Below, piece after piece: positions 9,787-19,719 of a stretch of DNA of 64,000 nt. The stretch is taken from assembly GCA_964534275.1 (NCBI GenBank), contig CAZHQG010000002.1, forward strand, positions 140,243 through 204,242. Reading direction: 5' to 3'. This stretch comes from an uncultured Candidatus Binatia bacterium (GTDB lineage Bacteria > Desulfobacterota > Binatia > HRBIN30). Under the pieces are notes generated by a model. It did no database searches and was not told the DNA's origin. It saw only the letters and a list, made by a program, of their open reading frames with translations. How positions within the stretch are numbered: the stretch's first letter is position 1; every line of letters starts with the position of its first letter. The position numbers were made by a program, and so were the translations under genes.

Positions 9787-9845
9787 TGCAAGGGACGAGC
9801 AGCTAGCCCCTTGGGCGCGGGAGTCGCCGACACAGGAGGAACAAG

Positions 9846-11507
9846 ATGCCTGGAAGCCAGAGAATGGAGAGCCCTCGGCCAATCGAAGAAGTGGCCGCGG
9901 ATCTGGGATTGGATGCCAGTGATTTGATGGTCTTTGGTCGGCAAATGGCGAAGGTCGAAGCACACGCCCTCGAGCGCGGTCGGCGTCGTCCGGAAGAGCC
10001 TCGCCTCGTCTTGGTGTCGGGAATTACTCCCACTGCGGCGGGCGAAGGAAAAACGACCGTGAGTATTGGACTTGCCGACGCATTTCGTTTGCTGGACAAG
10101 TCTGTGTGCCTTGCGCTCCGGGAGCCTTCGCTCGGACCATGCTTTGGGGTGAAGGGCGGGGGTACAGGAGGTGGTGCAGCGAGCTTGGTGCCGGCAGATC
10201 GCATCAACCTCCACTTTACCGGGGATTTTCACGCGGTCACGGCTGCCCACAACTTGCTTGCTGCGATGGTGGACAACCACGTGTACTTCGGGAACCCGCT
10301 TGGCATCGATCCGCGGCGGGTTACCTGGAAGCGCGTGCTGGACATGAACGATCGCAGCTTGCGTTTCATCGTTACGGGGTTGGGCGGACCAGCCCACGGC
10401 GTTCCACGCGAGGCAGGGTTCGACATCACGGCGGCGTCGGAAGTGATGGCCATGTTGTGTCTGGCGCGGGACGCCGAAGATTTGCGTCAGCGGATCGACC
10501 GCACGCTGGTTGGCTTCACGTACGATGGCGCACCAGTGACCGCCGGCCAGATCCAAGCCACTGGAGCGATGCTGGCATTGCTTCGCGACGCGTTGCTCCC
10601 GAACCTCGTGCAAACACAGGCAGGAACGCCAGCGCTGGTCCATGGCGGGCCGTTCGCCAACATCGCCCACGGCTGCAACAGCATCATCGCGACGCGGCTG
10701 GCGCTCGATTGCGCCGACTGGGTCATCACCGAGGCGGGTTTCGCCTTCGATCTCGGGGCGGAGAAATTCTTCGACATCAAATGTGTCACCGCCGGGTTCG
10801 ATACGGCGGCCGTGGTGCTGGTGACGACCGTGCGGGCGTTAAAACAACACGGAGGCGTAGCGGCAGCAGACCTCGCTCGGCCGAACCCAGCGGCAGTTGC
10901 CAGGGGCTTGCCGAATCTCGACAAGCACGTGGAAAATATCCGCGTGTTTGGCGAGCCTCCTGTGGTGGCGGTCAACCGATTCACGACGGACACCGAAGAG
11001 GAAATCGAGGTCGTACGGCGCCGCTGCGCGGCCCTGGGCGTCCCCATGGCGATCGCCCAACCGTTCGACCGCGGGGGCGAGGGTTGCGTGACATTGGCGC
11101 GCACGGTGATGGCGCACGCGGAAAAACGCAGCAAGCGGTTCCAGCCCCTGTACGACTGGAACGATCCGGTGCCGCAAAAAATTCTTCGTGTCGCGCAAGC
11201 GATGTACGGAGCAAAAGGAGTCCAGTACACCAAAGAAGCAGAGCGCGACTTGGCCCTGATTGGCCGCTATGGGTTTGACAAGTTGCCCGTCTGCTTGGCC
11301 AAAACACCGACCTCGCTTTCCGATGACCCAAAACGCTTAGGCCGTCCCGCGGATTTTGACGTGACCGTTCGTTCCATTCAGCCAGCGACGGGTGCGGGCT
11401 TTCTCGTGGTGTTGCTGGGCGACATTTTGCGCATGCCAGGCCTACCAAAGATTCCCTTGGCAACCAGAATCGATTTGCGCGACGGGAAAATCGTCGGGCT
11501 TGCTTGA
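9846..11507 (+). CDS. fhs: Formate--tetrahydrofolate ligase (formyltetrahydrofolate synthetase)
   Basis: 553 aa. The P-loop region VSGITPTAAGEGKTTVSIGL and the conserved FTHFS core are present. An AGGAGG RBS precedes the start. Confidence 0.95.
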   Translation: MPGSQRMESPRPIEEVAADLGLDASDLMVFGRQMAKVEAHALERGRRRPEEPRLVLVSGITPTAAGEGKTTVSIGLADAFRLLDKSVCLALREPSLGPCFGVKGGGTGGGAASLVPADRINLHFTGDFHAVTAAHNLLAAMVDNHVYFGNPLGIDPRRVTWKRVLDMNDRSLRFIVTGLGGPAHGVPREAGFDITAASEVMAMLCLARDAEDLRQRIDRTLVGFTYDGAPVTAGQIQATGAMLALLRDALLPNLVQTQAGTPALVHGGPFANIAHGCNSIIATRLALDCADWVITEAGFAFDLGAEKFFDIKCVTAGFDTAAVVLVTTVRALKQHGGVAAADLARPNPAAVARGLPNLDKHVENIRVFGEPPVVAVNRFTTDTEEEIEVVRRRCAALGVPMAIAQPFDRGGEGCVTLARTVMAHAEKRSKRFQPLYDWNDPVPQKILRVAQAMYGAKGVQYTKEAERDLALIGRYGFDKLPVCLAKTPTSLSDDPKRLGRPADFDVTVRSIQPATGAGFLVVLLGDILRMPGLPKIPLATRIDLRDGKIVGLA

Positions 11508-11536
11508 ACGCTCTGGCTTCGGGCTGGAAGCGAACG

Positions 11537-12478
11537 TTAGCTCTGGACCGCAGCGCAAAGCGTTTCGGTGGCCCGCTCACGTGCTTGATCGATCGCCCGC
11601 TCCCAGGCAGCGGCATCGCGCGTATCGCTGCCTGGAGGAAACAGCAAAGCGCGAGAAGAGTTCACCACGCCGCCTTCGCGTCCGCGTGGGCCCTGCACGA
11701 AGCCTGCTACAGCAGCTTGCGCGCCGGCTCCTTGGGCACCGAAGCCAGGAACAAGGAACAAGGCGCTGGGTAAAAGCTCGCGGATGCGTTGGGCATCGGC
11801 GGAGTAAGCAGCGCCCACGACAGCCCCCAGGGCAGACCACCCGAGCGAACCACGCAAGCGTTCGGCGAGCGGGTTCAGTGCCTTGGCGACGCGCTCGAAC
11901 AGCCGCTCGCCCGCTGACGCGAACTCCTGGAAGTCACGTGCGCCCGGGTTGCTGGTTTTCACGAGCACGAATACTCCGCCGCCAAATTGCTCCGCCGCTG
12001 CGGTGAACGGCTCGAGGGAGTCGATCCCGAGATACGGGTTCACGGTCATGGCCTCGCAGTACAATGGCGAGGTTGGCGCCAAGTAGGCAGCGTAAGCGGC
12101 GGCCGTGGAATCGATGTCGCCCCGTTTTGCGTCGAGGATCACGAGCATCCCGAGTGCCCGCGCATAGGCCACCGTTCGTTCCAGCACAGCAATGCCTCGG
12201 GCCCCCATTTGCTCGAAAAAAGCGATTTGCGGTTTGACCACCGCAACGTGACCTTGGTAGCGGTCTAGCACCGCGCGGAGGAACGCTTCCACTTGCGGAG
12301 GAGTTTGAGGGTCGTTGGCAGTCATGGTACCGCGGCGGAAGAGGGGCGGCATGAGCGGCAGGTGTGGGTCCAAACCCAAGCACAACGGGTGGCCGAGGGT
12401 GCGCGTGCGCTCGATCAAACGATCGGCAAAGTGCAGCGGCGGTCCGCTGCGTTCCTTCGCTGTGTTGTTGGCGTCCAC
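11537..12478 (-). CDS. pyrF: Orotidine 5'-phosphate decarboxylase, long (type 2) form
   Basis: The active-site motif VILDAKRGDI is present. 313 aa is consistent with type-2 PyrF. Confidence 0.8.
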   Translation of the reverse strand: MDANNTAKERSGPPLHFADRLIERTRTLGHPLCLGLDPHLPLMPPLFRRGTMTANDPQTPPQVEAFLRAVLDRYQGHVAVVKPQIAFFEQMGARGIAVLERTVAYARALGMLVILDAKRGDIDSTAAAYAAYLAPTSPLYCEAMTVNPYLGIDSLEPFTAAAEQFGGGVFVLVKTSNPGARDFQEFASAGERLFERVAKALNPLAERLRGSLGWSALGAVVGAAYSADAQRIRELLPSALFLVPGFGAQGAGAQAAVAGFVQGPRGREGGVVNSSRALLFPPGSDTRDAAAWERAIDQARERATETLCAAVQS

Positions 12479-12496
12479 GTGCTGGTCCCCGAAGCC

Positions 12497-12892
12497 TTAG
12501 CGCACTGTCACGATAATCCGGCGTTCTCGCGGACCGTCAAGTTCCGCAAGCATCAAAGCTTGCCACGTCCCCAAGACCAGCCGCCCCGCATGCACCGGAA
12601 TCGTCTCGCTCGGCCCGAGCATGGCTGCTTTGATGTGCGCGGCCGCGTTGTTGTCGATCCGGTCGTGCCGCCAGATCCCGTGAGGCACGAGCTTGTCGAG
12701 GCAGTCGAGAAAGTCCGTGCACACGTTGGGATCGTCGTTTTCGTTGATCACCAAAGCTGCAGTGGCATGCGCTACGTACACGTGGCAGAGCCCTTCGTCG
12801 ACGCCGCTCTCGCGGACAATGTCGGCAACCTGCTTCGTGATGTCCACCAGTTCGTGTTTTCTGTGCGTACGTACCCGAAATTCCCGCTGCAT
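12497..12892 (-). CDS. yjbQ: YjbQ/UPF0047 family protein (secondary thiamine-phosphate synthase-like)
   Basis: 131 aa with the characteristic YjbQ core (HVYVAHATAALVINENDDPNV...HIKAAMLGPSETIPV). Confidence 0.8.
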   Translation of the reverse strand: MQREFRVRTHRKHELVDITKQVADIVRESGVDEGLCHVYVAHATAALVINENDDPNVCTDFLDCLDKLVPHGIWRHDRIDNNAAAHIKAAMLGPSETIPVHAGRLVLGTWQALMLAELDGPRERRIIVTVR

Positions 12893-12986
12893 GTTCGTAC
12901 CGCGCCTCTTCTTGCGCGGACTGCGATGTTACCCGAGCGGGGTTTGGGCTGCCACCGTTCGCGGCAGGAACCCGGGTCTCGCACCA

Positions 12987-13736
12987 CTACATCCAAGCGC
13001 CGCCGTCGATCCGCAGAATCTTGCCAGTAATGAAGGCTGCATCGTCGCTCGCAAGAAACGCTGCTGCCTTGCCGATTTCTTCCGGCGTGCCCGCTCGCCC
13101 GAGAGGAATCGTTGCCAGCAATGATTCCCCGTGTGCCCGAATCAGGCGCTCGCCCATGTCCGTGTGGATCAGCCCGGGCGCAATGGCGTTCACGCGCACC
13201 CCGGCGGGGGCGCACTCCTTTGCGAGGGTTTTGGTCAGGGCATTCACAGCCGCTTTGGCGGCGTAGTAGGGTGCCCCGAACGGAGCACAGAGGTCGGCGC
13301 CGATCGACGAGACCAAAATGACCACTCCGGAGCCTTGCTTCACCAGGTGCCCCACCGTGGCCCGGCACGTATAAAAAGCGCCGTGCAGGTCGACCGCAAT
13401 GACCTTGTGCCAGTGATCGACGTCGAGTTCCCACACGGGGGCCGGACGCGATGCCACGCCCGAGTTGGCAACCACGATATCCAAACGACCGAATTCCTTG
13501 AGGACCGTATCGGCCATCCGGCGAACTTGCTCCCAGTCGGAAACGTCCGCTTCCACCACGGCAGTTCGACGGCCGAGAGCGCGGATTTCCTCTGCGGTAG
13601 CCTCGGCAGAAGCTCGCTCACGCCGATAGTGTACGGCCACGTGAGCACCCGCGCGCGCAAGTTCCAACGCAATCCCGCGACCGATTCCCCGCGACGAACC
13701 GGTGACTAACGCAAATTTTCCTGTCAGGTCGGGCAT
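12987..13736 (-). CDS. SDR-family oxidoreductase (3-oxoacyl-ACP reductase-like)
   Basis: ATG at 13736 (MPDLTGKFALVTGSSRGIGRGIA). The TGxxxGxG and YxxxK (YYAAKAAV) motifs are present. Confidence 0.85.
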   Translation of the reverse strand: MPDLTGKFALVTGSSRGIGRGIALELARAGAHVAVHYRRERASAEATAEEIRALGRRTAVVEADVSDWEQVRRMADTVLKEFGRLDIVVANSGVASRPAPVWELDVDHWHKVIAVDLHGAFYTCRATVGHLVKQGSGVVILVSSIGADLCAPFGAPYYAAKAAVNALTKTLAKECAPAGVRVNAIAPGLIHTDMGERLIRAHGESLLATIPLGRAGTPEEIGKAAAFLASDDAAFITGKILRIDGGAWM

Positions 13737-13756
13737 GGCAAAAATCTCCTCGCTCC

Positions 13757-14785
13757 CTAGTCGATCGTTGCTGCCAGCTCGCGGTGCGCGGTGTTGGGAA
13801 GAGCACAAGACACCCGCTCACGCGGTAGCAAACGCCGCAGCGCATCCCAGCGTTGGAGAGCCTTCTCCACGTGCCGGCGAAAAGAGCCCTCCGCAACCGC
13901 CTCTTTCAGGGCTTCGGCGACCGCGAGAGCTGCAGCACTCGTTTGGCACACGAGAACTCCATCTGCTCCGGCACGAATGGAGGCGATTGCTGCTTCGGCC
14001 ACACCGCCTCGTTCGACAATCGCCCCCATCTCGAGGTCGTCGCTGACCACGACACCCTCGAAGCCTAGTTCCTCTCGGAGTACCGTGCGCAAAAAATATG
14101 GCTCGAGGGTTGCGGGAACATGGCTCCCGACTCCCTCGTACACCACGTGGGCGGTCATCAGCATCGGTACAGCGGAAGCAATGGCCTGGCGAAACGGGAC
14201 GAGCTCGCGCTTGCGCAACAAAATGTCTGGCGTGTCGACCCGCGGTAGGCCGACGTGCGAGTCCACCACTGTGTCCCCGTGCCCCGGGAAGTGCTTGCCA
14301 CAGCACAAAATGCCCGCCTCGCGGTAACCCTCGACTTGTGCCGCGCCAAGCCGAGCTACAACCAGCGGATCGCTGCTGAACGCACGATCTCCGATCACCG
14401 TGTTGTCAGCCCGAGTGAGCACATCGAGGACCGGCGCGAACACCAAGTCGAACCCCACACTGACAAGCTCACGGCCCATGGCGGCAGCGACGCTGCGGGC
14501 GAGGTTTGTATCGCCCTTTCGGCCAATTGCTGCTGCGGCGGGGAAGTGCGTGAACGGTTCGCCTAGACGTACCACCCGCCCTCCCTCGTGGTCGATGGCA
14601 ACCAGGGGTTGCCAGGGAAGAGCGTGTAAATCGGCAATGAGTTGCTGCAAGGCACCCAAGCCCGCATGGACGTTGCGGCGAAACAAAATCACGCCGCCCG
14701 GCCGCACGCGCTCGAGGAATGTGCGCGTTTCGCCGTCAAGATACGGCCCTGGGATTCCAACGGTGAGCAGGAAACCGGTTTCCAT
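13757..14785 (-). CDS. nagZ: Beta-N-acetylhexosaminidase, glycoside hydrolase family 3
   Basis: ATG at 14785 (METGFLLTVGIP...). GH3 N-terminal domain motifs are present (KHFPGHGDTVVDSHVGLP, VVSDDLEMGA). Length is about 343 aa. Confidence 0.85.
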   Translation of the reverse strand: METGFLLTVGIPGPYLDGETRTFLERVRPGGVILFRRNVHAGLGALQQLIADLHALPWQPLVAIDHEGGRVVRLGEPFTHFPAAAAIGRKGDTNLARSVAAAMGRELVSVGFDLVFAPVLDVLTRADNTVIGDRAFSSDPLVVARLGAAQVEGYREAGILCCGKHFPGHGDTVVDSHVGLPRVDTPDILLRKRELVPFRQAIASAVPMLMTAHVVYEGVGSHVPATLEPYFLRTVLREELGFEGVVVSDDLEMGAIVERGGVAEAAIASIRAGADGVLVCQTSAAALAVAEALKEAVAEGSFRRHVEKALQRWDALRRLLPRERVSCALPNTAHRELAATID

Positions 14786-14820
14786 TGCCTTGCAGCGTAC
14801 CGCTCGTGGTGCGGGGAGTA

Positions 14821-15135
14821 TCAGACCCGCACCCAGATATCGTCTCCTTCGATCTTGAGCTCGAAGTGCTCGACAGACGATTCGCTGTCCTCGAGGCACT
14901 CGCCGGTAGTGACATCGTAAGCCCACCCGTGCCATGGGCAAAAGACCGTGTGTCCGTCGAGTTCCCCTTCCGCCAAAGGTCCTCCCTTGTGCCGGCACGT
15001 GTTTTCGATCGCGTAAAACTTTCCGTCACGCGTATGGAACACGGCAATGTGGCGGCCGTTGACTTCGAAGGCCTTTCCCCGCTGCGGGGGAATCTCGCTC
15101 ACAGATCCAACGCGAACGAATTCAGGCATAAGCAA
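14821..15135 (-). CDS. Rieske [2Fe-2S] domain protein (NirD-like small subunit)
   Basis: The Rieske ligand motifs are CRHKGGPL and CPWHGW. Length is about 104 aa. Confidence 0.8.
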   Translation of the reverse strand: MLMPEFVRVGSVSEIPPQRGKAFEVNGRHIAVFHTRDGKFYAIENTCRHKGGPLAEGELDGHTVFCPWHGWAYDVTTGECLEDSESSVEHFELKIEGDDIWVRV

Positions 15136-15257
15136 TCGCTCCTTTGTGGCCGAGATGTGTGGCCGAAGTGTCTAGTGCGCTGAGCGGTGTGGGTCCAGAT
15201 GCCCGTCCCCTGCACCATTCTGCGGCCGTTTACTTTACAAGCTCGACTGCCTCGAGT

Positions 15258-15485
15258 ATGAGGCCCGTTGGCGACGAGGTATTCGGTATGCAGTTGGAAG
15301 TCGACGAAGCGGACGTGCAGTTACTGCAGTCCCTATTGCAAAGTCATGCGGTAACGCTTTCCCACGAGATCCACAAAGCGGCGACCCGGGAGTTCCGGAA
15401 GAAGCTCGAGGAAGAGGAGGCTCGCACGAAAGCGTTGCTGGATCGGCTTCGGGCAATTGCTGGCCCGGGTGGAACCTCGCGCTGA
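15258..15485 (+). CDS. Possible small (75 aa) coiled-coil protein
   Basis: ATG at 15258 (MRPVGDEVFGMQLEVDEADVQLLQSLLQ...KKLEEEEARTKALLDRLR). No family recognised. It lies in a 600-bp region between divergent genes. Confidence 0.3.
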   Translation: MRPVGDEVFGMQLEVDEADVQLLQSLLQSHAVTLSHEIHKAATREFRKKLEEEEARTKALLDRLRAIAGPGGTSR

Positions 15486-15749
15486 AAACTTTTTCGATCT
15501 GGGCGACTCCGCTTTCGGGACGCGCTGCTGGTCGGCCCGTCACTGCGGAGTCGCTCTGCGGTTTCCAAGGTCGGCGCGGGTGATGCATGGGCTCAGCACA
15601 ACTCGCGGTGCGAGGCAGGCGGGCACAGCGTGGGGTTCTCGTTGGGTGGCGCATGCGGGCAGCGCTAAGCGGGTCGTTGGGCCCGGGGGTCGGAAAAAGA
15701 TGGTTCCCGGCGTTGAGTATGCCGCCCGTTCGCGGTAAACAACGCCGCT

Positions 15750-16178
15750 GTGACAAACCCAGTTCCTAGCGAGATCCGTAATTTAGCTCGGTACCGCGAA
15801 GCGCTGCGCAAGCTGTTCCGTGCTACTGAACTCGCAGCGCGAGAGGTGGGCCTGACCCCCCAACAGCACTTGTTGCTCGTGGGTGCTGCAGGGCTTGGCG
15901 GCGCCGAGGGCGTGAGTATCAAGCGCCTCGCGGAATTTCTGCAACTTCGGCACCACACGGTGGTGGAGCTGGTGGACCGAGCTGAAGAGCAAGGATACGT
16001 GGTCCGCAGGGAAAATCCAGAAAACCGCCGCGAGGTGCTGGTAGCCGTTTCGCCGGCGGGCCTACGCAAGCTCAAGCAGCTTTCCACGCAGCACCGCCGC
16101 GAGTTGGAATTCATGCGGCGGCGGATGGACATTCTGGATATCGAGCGGGTTGGCACGCGGGGGCCGCGGCGCACCTGA
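15750..16178 (+). CDS. MarR-family transcriptional regulator
   Basis: 142 aa. The winged-HTH pattern (LTPQQHLLLVGAAGLGGAEGVSIKRLAEFLQLRHHTVVELVDRAEEQGYV) is typical of MarR. Confidence 0.85.
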   Translation: MTNPVPSEIRNLARYREALRKLFRATELAAREVGLTPQQHLLLVGAAGLGGAEGVSIKRLAEFLQLRHHTVVELVDRAEEQGYVVRRENPENRREVLVAVSPAGLRKLKQLSTQHRRELEFMRRRMDILDIERVGTRGPRRT

Positions 16179-16223
16179 AGGATCCTCGGCGCGGCGCGCG
16201 GCACCGATGCGCAAGCGGCGCGG

Positions 16224-18290
16224 TCAGGACGCTGTGCCGGGACGATAGATTTGCTGATACCGCAAATAGTGCGTCCACACTCGCTTCACGTAATCGCGCG
16301 TCTCGCGGTAGGTGATTTCTTCCACGAATTCGTCCGGCGCCAGGCCGTGCGCGCGCGCAAGCCAGCGACGGGCGGCTTCCTCTCCCCCGTTGTAGGCCGC
16401 CAGAGCGACAAAAGGTTGGTCGCCGAAGAGATCGAGTAGCTCGCGCAAGTGGCGTACGCCGAGCAAAATGTTCGTGCGCGGGTCGAACAAATCCACGCGC
16501 TCGGGATCGAGTCCGACCGCCGGTGCGACCCGCCGTGCGGTTTGGGGCATCAACTGCATGAGCCCGCAGGCTCCTGCCGGAGAGCATACTTCGGGATCGA
16601 ATAAGCTTTCCTGGCGCATAACTGCCAGAACGAATAGCGGGTCGATCCGCTGCGCGTTGGCGGCTTCGAGTATGTGTTCCTGGAACGCCAGCGGGTATTC
16701 TACCCGCTCCCGATCCGAGGGTGACCAGTCGCGCCACGACCAAACGGCACGCAGTGCGTCGGCGTATGCGTCGGTACGCATCCAGGCAGCCAAGAGAAAG
16801 GCGCGCCATGTCGGGTCGCCCACTGGTGCCCCGGCAGCGATGGCTGCCAGCTCTTTGCGCGCCAGCGACTGCACGCCAGCGGCCCGAAGGTGTTGCCAGC
16901 GCGTTCCATGGAACGGATCCATCGACGGCAAAGGGGGAATCTCCGGCAGTGTGGGTGCGGGCATGCCGAGGCCAGCGAGCCGTACGGTAGCGGCACCGAG
17001 GCCGCGCAGGCGCCGCTCGGCCATATGCGCATAGTAACTCGAGACCCCACTGGCCAGCTTGCGGTAAATCTGGTCGGCTTGGCGGGGCTGACCTCGGGCC
17101 TCGAGACACCGAGCACGCCAATACAGGCCGCGCTCGTCTTCATTGCCCAGGCGCTCGAACCAGCGCTGTGCTTCGCCTGCGTTTCCGCTTTTCCATGCGA
17201 ACCAGCCGCGCCACCAAAAGAACTCCCGCTGGAGGTCCGGTCCAACAAGCAACCGGTCGGTATCGGACAGGAGTGCCTGGGCGCGGGTCAGGTCACCGCC
17301 GCTGTAGGCAATGCGGGCGCGTGCCAACAAGGCACGCGGCGCCACGTCCGCGAGCGGGTAGCGCTGGAGAAGCTCCGCAAATACCCGATCGGCTGCCACG
17401 TCGCGGTTGCGGTTCCACAGCACGGTACCCATCCGGTACAGGGCACTGGCTGCAGACCGCGTATGGGGATATCGAGTTCCGACCATCCACCAGCCTCGAA
17501 GAGCGTCTTCCCACTGCGCCAACCCGTACGCGACTTCGGCAAGCACGACCAGCGCGCGAGCGCGCAGCTCGGGATCCATGCTTGTGGCCAAAGGTTCGGC
17601 CAGGTTGCGAGCGAGAGTCCAGTCGCGGTCGCGGATGGCCCACTCCGCTTCCTCTACCTGTTCTCCGGGGTTTGGCGCGAACTGCGGATGTGCCGCGCGC
17701 AGCTTGGTCAGGTGGCTTCGTGCACGCTCGCGCACCTCGGCGTTTTTCGCTTGGCCCCAAACCTCTCGGTACACCCGCGCAGCTTCCGCGTAGTCTCCGG
17801 CCCGCTCGCGGACGCGGGCAAGGACCAGCCGGGCGCGCTGCTGCCACTCGGGCGGCGGGGCCTGAGCAAGAACGCGCGTCGCCCAAAGTTGCGCACGGTC
17901 CGTAGATCCGGACTCCTCCAGCCACTCCGCCAAGTGCGCCGCCGCCTCGGCAAAGTAGATGCTTTGGGGGTACTCGCCCACCACCCGCTCCATGGCCGCG
18001 ATCGCATCCTGGCGTCGCTGGCGCTTGGCGGCGGCCAAGCCCGCGTGAAACCAACTATGATCCGCGAGCTCTGGGTAGGCGCGGGCCACGCGGACGAATA
18101 GCGCGTAGGCGCGATCGACGTCCTGTGCCCGCCACGCTTGCCAGGCTTGCCGGAAGCGCAGTTGCTTCTGTGTGTCGCCTTGCCAGCGCAGCCACCACGC
18201 TCCCGGATCGATGGATGCGAGCCACGAGCTCGGCCCACAGCCCGTCGCACCCAGCGCCACCCACACCAACACCCAGACCAGTTGCCGCAT
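16224..18290 (-). CDS. Soluble lytic murein transglycosylase (Slt70-like: superhelical domain plus C-terminal SLT domain), lipoprotein
   Basis: ATG at 18290 gives signal/lipobox MRQLVWVLVWVALGATGC. A long alpha-superhelical region is followed by the SLT catalytic motif AVMRQESLFDPEVCSPAGACGLMQLMPQTA and AAYNGG. Confidence 0.85.
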   Translation of the reverse strand: MRQLVWVLVWVALGATGCGPSSWLASIDPGAWWLRWQGDTQKQLRFRQAWQAWRAQDVDRAYALFVRVARAYPELADHSWFHAGLAAAKRQRRQDAIAAMERVVGEYPQSIYFAEAAAHLAEWLEESGSTDRAQLWATRVLAQAPPPEWQQRARLVLARVRERAGDYAEAARVYREVWGQAKNAEVRERARSHLTKLRAAHPQFAPNPGEQVEEAEWAIRDRDWTLARNLAEPLATSMDPELRARALVVLAEVAYGLAQWEDALRGWWMVGTRYPHTRSAASALYRMGTVLWNRNRDVAADRVFAELLQRYPLADVAPRALLARARIAYSGGDLTRAQALLSDTDRLLVGPDLQREFFWWRGWFAWKSGNAGEAQRWFERLGNEDERGLYWRARCLEARGQPRQADQIYRKLASGVSSYYAHMAERRLRGLGAATVRLAGLGMPAPTLPEIPPLPSMDPFHGTRWQHLRAAGVQSLARKELAAIAAGAPVGDPTWRAFLLAAWMRTDAYADALRAVWSWRDWSPSDRERVEYPLAFQEHILEAANAQRIDPLFVLAVMRQESLFDPEVCSPAGACGLMQLMPQTARRVAPAVGLDPERVDLFDPRTNILLGVRHLRELLDLFGDQPFVALAAYNGGEEAARRWLARAHGLAPDEFVEEITYRETRDYVKRVWTHYLRYQQIYRPGTAS

Positions 18291-18356
18291 GCAGAGCCGG
18301 GTAGCAAAAGCGTTCGCTTGCAGCGACACAGCGAGTTTGCGAACACTCGAACCGCC

Positions 18357-18956
18357 ATGTCGCGCCCGGTGATTCTGGCCTCGGCTTCTCCGCGTCGGAA
18401 AGAGTTGCTGGCCACCTTGCAGGTGCCCTTCCGCGTGGTTCCGGCCAATGTGCCAGAGGTCCCTGACCCGGAAGAGGCCGTGCAGGAGTACGTGCTGCGC
18501 TTGGCGGCTGCCAAGGCCGCAGTGGTGGCGGAACGCTTCCGCGATGCACTCGTAGTGGCCGCGGACACCGAGGTGGAACTTGACGGCGCGGTGCTCGGCA
18601 AACCGAGTTCTCCGGACCACGCTGTAGCGATGTTGCGTCAGCTTTCAGGCCGCACCCACCGCGTGTGTACCGGTGTATGCTTGCGTGAGGATCAGGCCGT
18701 GCTGGAGCTGTTCTCGGTGGAGACGTTGGTGACGTTCAAGCCCTTGAGCGACGAGGCTATCGCTGCGTACGTCGCGAGCGGAGAGCCCATGGACAAAGCC
18801 GGCGCGTATGGAGCACAAGGCGAAGGGCGCCGACTCATCGAACGGATCGAAGGGTCGTGGACAAACGTGGTCGGGTTACCCTTGGAGGAAGTGGCAGCCT
18901 GCTTGCGCCGCCATGGGGTGCTTGGGCCCCGAGTAGCCGAGTCGCTACGTGCATGA
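18357..18956 (+). CDS. maf: Maf nucleoside triphosphate pyrophosphatase
   Basis: The N-terminus MSRPVILASASPRRKELL and the Maf fold motifs are present. The stop overlaps the next start (ATGA). Confidence 0.9.
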   Translation: MSRPVILASASPRRKELLATLQVPFRVVPANVPEVPDPEEAVQEYVLRLAAAKAAVVAERFRDALVVAADTEVELDGAVLGKPSSPDHAVAMLRQLSGRTHRVCTGVCLREDQAVLELFSVETLVTFKPLSDEAIAAYVASGEPMDKAGAYGAQGEGRRLIERIEGSWTNVVGLPLEEVAACLRRHGVLGPRVAESLRA

Positions 18957-19663
18957 ACACCGAAGTTGCAGCACGCGTGGCGCAAGTTCGCGAGCGGGTC
19001 GCTACCGCAGCGCTGCGTTGCGGGCGCTCTCCTTCGGAGGTGTGCATCGTGGCAGTGGCGAAGACCCAGCCTGTCGAAGCTGTGCAGGCGGCAGTCGACG
19101 CTGGCATCACGAACATCGGCGAAAATTACGTTCAGGAAGCCCAAGCCAAGGCCGCCAAAGTCCGCGGGCCCGTCCGCTGGCACATGGTTGGCCACCTGCA
19201 GCGCAACAAGGTACGTGCTGCACTGCAACTGTTCGCCATGATTCACAGCGTGGATCGCGTGGCCTTGTTGGAAGAGATCGAAGCGCGTGCCGAGCAGCTC
19301 GGGCGCGAGTTTGTGGATGTGTTGTTCGAGGTGAACCTCGGCGGCGAGGCAACCAAGTCGGGAGTCGCTCCACACGCGTTGGGCGAGTTGTTCGCGGCCC
19401 TCGAGCGCTGCCCTCGCGTGCGGGTTCGCGGCCTCATGTGTATTCCCCCGCCTACCGAGTCGGCAGAACGAAGCCGACCATTTTTCCGCCGCTTGCGCGA
19501 GCTTCGCGATCAGTGGCAGGCCGCGGTTCGTGGGCAAGCGGAGCTCACGGAGCTTTCCATGGGGATGAGCGACGATTTTGAAGTAGCGATCGAGGAGGGC
19601 GCGACCATGGTTCGCATTGGCCGCGCGCTCTTTGGCGAGCGGCCTGCAAAGCACCAGCCCTAG
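18953..19663 (+). CDS. yggS: YggS/PLPHP-family pyridoxal-phosphate homeostasis protein
   Basis: The alanine-racemase-fold PLP-binding signature is present ([26 protein letters not shown]). Confidence 0.9.
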   Translation: MNTEVAARVAQVRERVATAALRCGRSPSEVCIVAVAKTQPVEAVQAAVDAGITNIGENYVQEAQAKAAKVRGPVRWHMVGHLQRNKVRAALQLFAMIHSVDRVALLEEIEARAEQLGREFVDVLFEVNLGGEATKSGVAPHALGELFAALERCPRVRVRGLMCIPPPTESAERSRPFFRRLRELRDQWQAAVRGQAELTELSMGMSDDFEVAIEEGATMVRIGRALFGERPAKHQP

Positions 19664-19719
19664 CGGGTGTACGTTCCCGGCGCTGGGCTGGAAATTCAGA
19701 AGAAGGAGGTCGAGGAGCG

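Noticed and set aside
8989-9963. 324-aa minus-strand ORF
   Set aside because: Antisense to phosphoketolase. No recognisable motifs.
10106-11278. 390-aa + strand ORF rich in Arg/Gly
   Set aside because: Alternative frame inside fhs. Composition artefact of high GC.
16890-18101. 403-aa + strand ORF, plus several 200-300-aa ORFs on both strands in 16.1-18.6 kb
   Set aside because: All are antisense to or out of frame with the lytic transglycosylase, which carries a clear SLT catalytic motif and signal peptide.
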